Source of the DNA: Monocercomonoides exilis PA203
Taxonomy: Eukaryota > Protista > Preaxostyla
Direction: 5' to 3'
DNA: 64,000 bases
Assembly (NCBI GenBank): GCA_001643675.2
Contig: LSRY02000003.1
Location: 930,001 to 994,000 of the forward strand
Shown here: positions 59,201 to 64,000 of the stretch, piece after piece
Position numbering within the stretch: position 1 is the first letter of the stretch
How the letters are laid out: every line of letters begins with the position of its first letter
Made by a program: the position numbers and the translations under genes
Notes under the pieces: model-generated
The model's input: only the letters and a program-made list of their open reading frames with translations
Databases searched by the model: none
Told to the model about the DNA's origin: nothing

Positions 59201-59350
59201 CCTTCTGGGACATTTGTTGTGTCGATGACAGATGCCATCATGCTTGAAGAAAGCAGTGAAGAGCAGGATGAAGACAGAGGGAGCAAAGAATGTGAAAAAG
59301 AAGGGAAAATGGAAGTGAATGAGATGAAAGACAAGTTTGGCAATGGATGA
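50231..59350 (+). CDS. Large single-pass surface protein (~3,040 aa): signal peptide, beta-helix repeat modules, TM helix, C-terminal pseudokinase; paralogue of 21415-30197
   Basis: ATG at 50231 gives MKAACNIVALLLLAAYCFNG (signal-like). Five G.D...CG....PC caps, GGA/GGG repeats, TM YWLLIVIVLVVILFIILIGFVVVSI followed by RWRK, kinase C-lobe LRWKAPE...AFSIGMMLWECVTLEIPF...PSKRPTL with no VAIK/HRD/DFG. Confidence 0.85.
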   Translation: MKAACNIVALLLLAAYCFNGEGIAKRQYHQKWNKEMQEGKISIADKNHDYNFNCNNSFTKVIKPAANHIYSVQTSLNIINTSLCVSHLNIIPLGDCPLLTAQHHSAASICSSTCTIHPPSLTNSHHHHCPLFLSAHASLALTNFSLTTHQPAILSFPLFSTPNNLFPDAHSPIPASFSISHSSFSSFVSLIQPFLFSPSSLSNPSPSPSPSLSSSPSSFSSSSSSSSFSSPSPSLSPSISSSSSPLHIHHQSHPHLQIHLNLHLSNTLFSNISSPQSPLSLPSLPSHSLNSFISTTSSSSLSSTNTNANSTPSFSLHSSLSFHSTIFKHTHNPIDGTILPNLNSPSTSLSAFNTSFLHQTRSSQNAAVVYVGNETHRKTPGRLTSFDVNSHKFEWCEWNDSNGGNDHGGALKVFCVNANLTITSCSFNNCSTNGNYGGALFSYCLQNENIAKSNFTNCSALHGGATAIDGRQSSFIYSFSDNRVENCSITSIYGTGWYFYIGDFSSNGQFLFTKCKCISNSGGDSTGALTFYNPPGNKPNQFLVNDCRFINNKLTSASSTRGGAAMCFYPPYSWMNDVKFIIFCFFDGNTATNGRGNDVFFNGSSITQSPFQQCGSTTESKRVWNNGQADNTVYNGWLPIIDQNKIVSNGGSDVDACGKTQQSPCATVEYALGCVAPFSDASLSLLISTFTPTKTLTFRAPNTRITGNGTDTTIIASSGIHQPQNPHSQSSQTTSSFSSFSSISASSSPDPSASSALFQQTQGSLTISALALAHNSTNPITPILFHLSQNSPSLNLNTTTITGTTSITIKTPLFFLTAGSLALNHTAITSLALNSQSIFHLTSLIAPLTLNSSNITHITSTASPTSCVLSSATSPALSLSLANCTITNINSAPQNQQTATDGGCISFASSAPANSFSVSDTIFSTCSVSEDTSSGGRGGALMIEFNEGSQVSESSFSITNIVFSANKASVGRDMYFVCESFVASVKEPLFAFMRSITQKDNSVVGHDRTEAFGDWDVDLFIFFDGFFDDTIYVDGTSGVERAYCGLEKVPCLNVNYGMERLKKTLNVKEEIVVCEKSSLTGCVDVGEMCVKAKTEAIVEIECQGQVSGSEVCILKSSSLTEMEFIGIVIPSSFNRTITSVIESNTQNGELRMKNCAMSVIGGKGNTIGFFLIKSTGKMIELDSVTISDVKSTVSLFSISLSSGNVNDQNYKMKLLNCTLEGLEIDGGEEATVFGGSVGVWMVMNGSTIDGALSEKSKEGGALKIVLSAEGYITIEESSFVGCVCENMSEGGKGGGIYLDCSSYEEAFQLSSISFSGCSATVGKNMFVKSGNLVNSVNAERFAFDCSDFEEDGNAFVGEDGKYGEMDLRVFLVSLKWMAVSVSTGGHDTLGCGSEIFPCESMKSGIDHIDRSGTEGERKVKVKDEVTVEDIYSFTDALAIDGCVNEGDETKHKPIHFEGPIKGNSASSVISSIQPLGLLSLKLQIPSQFEPNMNTLISSSGILQLVNCLFEIQSATNIIQYSLITTTSGSCTLNGCSLADCSFVISPLVLASSVIFENINFTSIANTGSGEGGVAKVILQGNEDLIIRSTNASSCSLSTGNGKGGFLYLDCQNCLNENPFIFDTGVTFENNNATFGKNMFILGKDFNSSVTNESFAFDYLSMINDDNLFVGSDNFHSNKDLFMFLIPYNSMEIFISSEGFDVARCGSEEEPCKTMWKGMKNVEKEIGNKTIQISGSTIIQDSFNMSNYQIKKGVKMGEEDTKAMLNFEKAIGSQLEYIMVNDVHLELANIKLQLSSGFGNSAKTIISNKNGDLVISGCSFYSEAGVNNGFDCVFVDAIGGSVEVNDLSIELCNVGNSIFVIHDAGVSCYFLNVRVELLNESGGCILSIKKSEQGLKINEGVNEDGANIEIGNSSFSGVKRSDNGPSILESKSDKKIDLVVKESNITEDKSEKSEKGGAIYFTLGSSGSMKMIDSTITNCNCSISEGKGGGVYLATDERGELNFSFVGMKFSANTAKVGNDIFIECFNITSQIDETQFQFDLRENHYSRINAIYGIDSCEHKEDTDLIDFVTIHQSDTIVVSSAVGSNDRQCGTNALPCDSIEHGLVHLTSEYVSLLYVDAESVIGREINLEEMSLSSKSRGLCEVEVKSGIERTRETLISTRETVSLVRVNFVFDSNFISSHESFISPEGGILEVMNCSFSSKLLVEDGNAEFANIPFRIIYMEKGELQLDGCTISNLILHESALFLSSPLSSVIDSLTICHSTISKSLVDINECGQLKIDRLLAENITVDGNEESLIYCLSMKKTIQLANCTMEKTTSKATKGKLMKMESCADVKMDSCIFDGSSKERNEKNSNTEEEMCRWEGSLVDVVKSSVIVKDTTISNSSEGGITMSGGSVIIEMGLFENNNPSIEGYPSLRRNIICSDSGTLNVMSLKGGDGVLPNASLCMLNEGCSFEGIVSERDSSFFIPDLESVEAKEESHRMKLTFKGFLLVPCNLSFSVVKRKGEEKEIEHYDFDMEGFLSEREAEGSVARDLISSCGDDVEVSVHILFGNSNSPSSTNSFILKNRSEVEPKGDEKLVEGGKEGKSYWLLIVIVLVVILFIILIGFVVVSIRWRKAKNENKDLREIVNDNIRKDPKAFEMVTMEMSPEEQWRRAEREAEKNNEERIKKGIYGKKMHHSESSEYLLAESGSTEYIFGKDSDKNGEWDLEKEEETRKQTPSLSISSADTDTTFVRREDLCPTTSSMSNLVDAMACSSPYEKLIVDLRDSLFMLLHGRSEKKDLAIGTLKEREVTGAQMLFWVANGALHSLEDEEDELPSLRELSPHIVLFSEHMVICIALHSDCSSSSDDSDSSSISSSTTIVTSASDGGDDDDDESDSLPPSAFEDEEDKWKECLRWKAPELVMNKKMGATEKSVAFSIGMMLWECVTLEIPFGEYEGEVAGQKIADGEKPDERGVEESGLKNVVNACLSAEPSKRPTLTEVKKELVGLFPSGTFVVSMTDAIMLEESSEEQDEDRGSKECEKEGKMEVNEMKDKFGNG
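57296..57927 (+). repeat. Copy B of the 632-bp coding repeat shared (inverted) with 22478-23109
   Basis: See copy A; same length, same reading frame, same position just before the TM helix. Confidence 0.92.
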
Positions 59351-59691
59351 GAGATGAAAACAAGAAATAAGTTCAAAAATAAATGTTTAATAAGAATGAT
59401 AGTTTTTTCATCACGTTTGCTGAGATTTTGATTAAAATTAAAATAGACTTTAATAAGTTTTGATATATATGTGATGGTAAGTTGAAGGCTAATGGTGATG
59501 TGAATTTTGAGATTTGAATGTTTTAAAGTGAGTGTAAGATGATTTTTTATGGATGACTTTTGAAAACTTTTTCTTTATAGGATCATATTTTTATTACATC
59601 CTATTTTTTTTAAAATCAATTATTTAGCCACCTACATTTCGATTAATTAATAGTTTTTTTTTTGTATTTAAGAAAAATTTTATCAACTGAA

Positions 59692-59795
59692 TAAATACAT
59701 TTAAATGCATAACCTGTTTCTTATGGGAGGGAATGGGGCGGTTTAAAGCCTCCCGTTGAAATTCTATCAGTAACAGGTTGGTTCAAATGTATTTA
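59692..59795. other. Three-stem imperfect hairpin upstream of the pogo-like transposase relic
   Basis: taaatacattt/aaatgtattta (59692-59702 / 59785-59795), aacctgtt/aacaggtt (59711-18 / 59772-79), gggagg/cctccc (59725-30 / 59749-54). Confidence 0.55.
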
Positions 59796-59908
59796 ACACA
59801 AAAAAATATGCATTTAATGTGCAAAAAATAAAATTTCAATTTTCATTGAAATTTATAATTATAAAATAAATAAATTGGCTTAATGATCATAACCCAAAAT
59901 AATAAAAA

Positions 59909-61501
59909 ATGGAAAAGGAAGTTGCAAGGAAATCTACTGTGGGTCAGCTGAAGCTGCGGGAGGCGATACTATCATTCATATATCGGCAATTTTTAAATCC
60001 ACTGGAGCGAATGGTACATATTGTTAACGATGGAACTGTGCGTATGGTGGATGCAAACAACAGCAAAAAATTCTGCAAAATTTGAATCAAGCATGCGGTG
60101 AAGGTTGTTTGGCAAGGATGATAGGTATTTGAAATTGGAAGACCTGCTGTGGAAATTGGCGAAAAAGAGCAAACATTGCTGGACGAAACAAAAATTGAAT
60201 CACTGTCTGGAGCAAGCTTAACCATCAAGAAAATGCGTGAACTGGTTTGCATAAATATTCTTTGAAATGTATTAATTAATATCAAACGGATCAAAAACAT
60301 TGTTTATGTTTGTCAACCAGAAAACAAGCCAGATGTCAAAGCTTCTGCGTCAGTTGCATACGATTTCATCAAAAGACATCCACAGCTGAAGACTTCAAAG
60401 CTTAAAATTGTTTTGGCAACCAGGTTTACCGTTTCATGCAAACAAGTTCTGAGGACTTGGAATGACATGCTCAATGGATTTCATCAGAACAACAGTTATA
60501 ACAACACCCTTATCTTCAAATTGGACGAGAAATCACTCAGGGTTCCTGATAGCTCCAATCGAAATGTTGAATATCCAACAAACGAAAAATAAGCTTTCAC
60601 AAAATCTGCAGCACGAATAACATGATCCACATTGATTGCGTCGATTGCTTCTGATGGTCAATAACTGAAGGAAGTGATACTGCGGATAAGTCATAGACTT
60701 CCTGATGACTTGAAGCCTCTTCAGTCTTCAAATTTTGAGATTTGGCTGAACAAATGCGGATGGATGGAATCTTCAACATTAAGGAAGAATGCACTTTCAA
60801 TTCTTCTCCTGTCAATCAAAGATAGAAGGCAACGCATGTCACTCGACGAATAGCACTGCTTGCTTCTAATCGACTGCCACATTTCTCGAGCTGATCCAAC
60901 AGTCTGGCGAGAGTTCAAAAAAGAAAATGTGAATGCAGTGACATTCGTCCATCACAGCACATACATCTCTCAGCCACTTGGCCAAGGCATATTTGCAGTT
61001 CTGAAGTCAAAAATGAGTTCTCGGTACGAAGCATCTTCGTCGTCGTCTTCAGCAGCGAAATGAACAGCTCTTGTTGAAGCTCTACAACAATCAATTCATT
61101 CGGCGCTATCACCTTCTGCCATCAAAAAAGCATTCAAATGCAGCGGAGTGCTGAAAGACTCGTCTGGGGCAGTTCTTATGAAGCTACCTCCATCATCCAC
61201 TTATCCTCTTCCTTCACATAAAAATCGATTTGACTTCTACGGCAGAGAAATAACAGAAGAAATGGTGCTAAATGAGTGGGATAATTATTTGAAAAAGAAA
61301 AGTGAAATGGAAAATGAAAAAGAAAACATTTCAGATGAAGAAAATGATGAAACAATGAATTTCACAAAAAAGTTGAAAAGAAAATACAAAATACTTCAAG
61401 ATGAGAACGATATAGAGAAAGAATCATCGGATGAAATTGAACGAGGAAAGGGAAAAAGAAAAGTCATTCACAAATTTGATTCGAGTTTTGAATTTTTTTG
61501 A
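59909..61501 (+). pseudogene. Decayed pogo/Fot1-like (Tc1-mariner, DDE_1) transposase
   Basis: Fragments in order: IFKLDEKSL (IFN.DET, ~60512), CGWMESST (GWM), LLLIDCHISR (LL.D.H.SH), FVHHSTYISQPLGQGIFAVLK (LP.HSTH..QPLD..F..LK; D replaced by G), IKKAFKCSGV, then a charged tail. Several stops and frameshifts. Confidence 0.82.
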
Positions 61502-62062
61502 TTTTTTTTTTTTGAATTTTTCATTTCGAAAAATTTGGGTACTAATAAAAAAAAGAACACTAATAAAAATATGACACTTTTCAAATTAAAACAAATCATA
61601 CACAAACATGAAAAAAGAATTTGAGAAATTATATTTTTATCCAGCAAAGGAAAATGTTTTCTTGAAGTAGAAGAATTAGAAAACAATAAAACAACCTTTA
61701 AAAGAATATTATTCTCGCTTTAAAAAAAGTTCTATTGTATTCTTGGCATATGGGACAAAATTTTTTGCTTTAAAATATTGTTCCATTCGACACTCTTAAA
61801 TATTTTTGTCATTAATAAAAATTATCTTCTTTTTTTCATGGGAATGAAAGACATATAATGATAAGGTTGAAAAAAAAAGCATGGAACAAATCTCAAATTT
61901 TTTCTTAAATGCAAGAATTTTGCCCCATTTCACAACTTTTTGAAACATTCAGAAACTCATTTTTATTCGGATTTTCTCCAATAAATAATATTAATGTAAC
62001 ATAATAAACATATAAGGGGTGAATTTTTCGTTTTTGTCACTGACACCAAAAATTATTCAAAA

Positions 62063-62340
62063 TGGGGGAAAATACAAATTTTCAAGCTTTTTGTGCACAA
62101 AGCATGAAAAAATTATATAGCTCATAACTTAATTTAGCTTTCTTAGATTTCAAAATAAATTTGATTTTCATATCCGTATACAGGCATCGTTGAAATCAAA
62201 ACATGAAGTTTTTCACATATCGCGAATGTCAAAAAATGAACCCATTTTTATTGTGTTTTTTGATCACAAAAAGTTCATCTAGAATGCATAATTTTACATG
62301 AAAATGCCTCAAGTCAAATATCATGTCCCAAATGAGAATT
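62063..62340. repeat. Inverted copy of the 30883-31165 dispersed repeat
   Basis: Reverse complement matches 30883-31165; core roughly 80% identical by eye. Lies between two transposase relics. Confidence 0.85.
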
Positions 62341-62699
62341 TTTACATTCGAAAAAACAAAATTTGCATGCAAAATAGTAATATATGCATTCATATCAATT
62401 ATTGTTTAAAACCTTACAAAAGTCTATTCACTTTCTCATGAAATTATGTGAAAGTTTTTTTTTTTTTTTTTGAATAAGAGGAAGAAGCACGTTTGCAAAT
62501 TCCCTTCCAACCAAAAACGCTGTATATGGGTACAATATGGTGATATGAGATTTTTCTTTTTCCAACATAAAGACAATTTTTATGAATTATAATGTTGTTG
62601 TGTGGTGCCATTTTTTCAACGAAAATTGTTTGCAACAAAATATAATTTTTTGAAAAATCTCTCTCTTTCATATATTTATGGGTTTGATCGAAACAAAAA

Positions 62700-63679
62700 A
62701 TGGAACTTGTTCCTATTTATTTTGGAACAGAAAGTATTTCTGAACAAAATAAGGTGTTCTATAATGAGTATTCAACGTGGACTTGGTTTCTCACTCATAT
62801 TCTGGAAAATAAAGTCCCTATATGCCCAAAACATCGAATCCAAAAGAATTGTTATAAGACAGTATCAAACAACAGATTTTGGAAGTGCCCAAAATGCACA
62901 GAAAAAACATCAGTCTACAACAATACTATTTTTGAAAATATGAAGACTCCATTAGGAACAACATTCTTAATTTGTTTGTACTACTGGCTAAAAATTCCAA
63001 TTATAACAATATCAACAAAATTTGGAGTTGGAAAAAAGATAGTGGGATTTTGGAGGAGTGGCATTCGTGTGTGCAATTCAAAATTGTGGAATTCTTCGAA
63101 GAAAGTTGTTGGTGGAGAGTGAAAGATTGTAGAAATAGATGAGGTGATATGGAGAAAACGAAAATATGGAAATGGGAGCAAGAAAGATCAGACATGGATT
63201 TTTGGAGTCGTTAAAAGGCTCGAAGGCGGAGGAGCAGAATCTCCTTTATGACCATTGGACCAAATAGAAAAAGAGATTCATTGATCCCTGTAATCCAAAA
63301 ATTCGTTCTCCAGAAAACAATGATCAATTCAGATGAATGGAGAGAGTATTTATGTTTGGAATCTATTGGATATTGGCATAAAACCGTCGGTCATAAGAAA
63401 GAATATGTGAACAAATAGACTCATTCCTTCACAACCATTATTGAAGACCTATGGTCTCATTTAAGAGCGTCGTTCACACGTCTTGGAACAAGATAATAAT
63501 TTATTTCTGATCATATCGCAATGTATTTTGTGAAATCCTCGATGAAGTTGAGCTTTTTGGAACTAATGAAGCATGTTTCAAAATATAAACCAGAAAAAGA
63601 AATAGAAGAAATGGAACATGAAGAAGAAGAAGAAGATGATGATGATGATGAAATTGACGAAGATGTGCCTTTTATTTGA
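62700..63679 (+). pseudogene. Decayed Merlin (IS1016/IS1595-ISXO2-like) transposase
   Basis: Zn-ribbon CPKH...WKCPKC, TSVYNNTIFEN, HTH-like segment, VGGE*KIVEIDE, KRKYG.G, WIFGVV, PNRKRDSLIPVIQ, INSDEWREY, HKTVGHKKEYV, IEDLWSHL, acidic tail. In-frame stops (e.g. 63120) and a frameshift near 63245. Confidence 0.88.
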
Positions 63680-64000
63680 AGATACAGTTTGTGCAAAAAA
63701 TACAGGACAAGATCGATATTTCAATTACCGCAAGAAGAAAAATTCTGATAATTTTCCTCAATATTCATCTCGTCTACACAAACTCACGTGTCATACCAGA
63801 CTTTTAAAATCGCCTCATTCGTACTCAGAGAAATCAATATTTAATATTTCGGAGAAATAGGATTTCAAGTTTCTCCGAGATTTTAATCATTTGTTTTTTC
63901 TGAGCATAAACGAGGAAGTTTGGAAAGTTTTGTATATCAATTGAGTTTGTATAAATGAGATATATTTTGAGGAAATTTGTCAGAATTCTTCTTCTTGCGG

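Noticed and set aside
62528-63826. Possible Merlin TIRs (gggtacaatatggtgat ... atcgcctcattcgtactc)
   Set aside because: Match too weak and no target-site duplication seen.
1-64000. Non-canonical code (TAA/TAG = Gln, known in some oxymonads)
   Set aside because: Multi-kb ORFs have no internal TAR and several genes end in TAA followed by AT-rich spacer; the standard code fits.
1-64000. tRNA, rRNA or snRNA genes
   Set aside because: None recognised by eye; a covariance-model scan would be needed to exclude them.

Overview
Eukaryotic, gene-dense protist DNA in the standard genetic code, with AT-rich spacers and short GT-AG introns. Gene families, Ser-rich expansions and intron style point to an oxymonad such as Monocercomonoides (inference). 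Left to right: (1) the 3' ~17.6 kb of a giant, very divergent dynein-heavy-chain-like gene whose P-loops look degenerate; (2) a choline transporter-like (CTL/SLC44) gene with 2 introns; (3) a ~2,900-aa single-pass surface protein with beta-helix repeats and a C-terminal pseudokinase (minus strand, 5' frame break); (4) an AT-rich spacer with two long palindromes and a dispersed repeat; (5) a 3-exon ARM-like hypothetical gene; (6) a ~4,600-aa DOCK-C/D-type Rho GEF; (7) a second surface beta-helix pseudokinase gene (plus strand); (8) decayed pogo/Fot1-like and Merlin (IS1595/ISXO2-like) transposases. The best candidate for an undescribed system is the receptor pair. The two genes differ strongly in ectodomain and cytoplasmic tail but share a collinear 632-bp juxtamembrane block (~80-90% identical in sampled windows) in inverted orientation. 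Each also has a compositionally distinct N-terminal beta-helix 'cassette', and homologous segments show opposite GC skew. This suggests a recombination-diversified, mix-and-match receptor repertoire. All family calls come from motif recognition by eye; no database searches were run.
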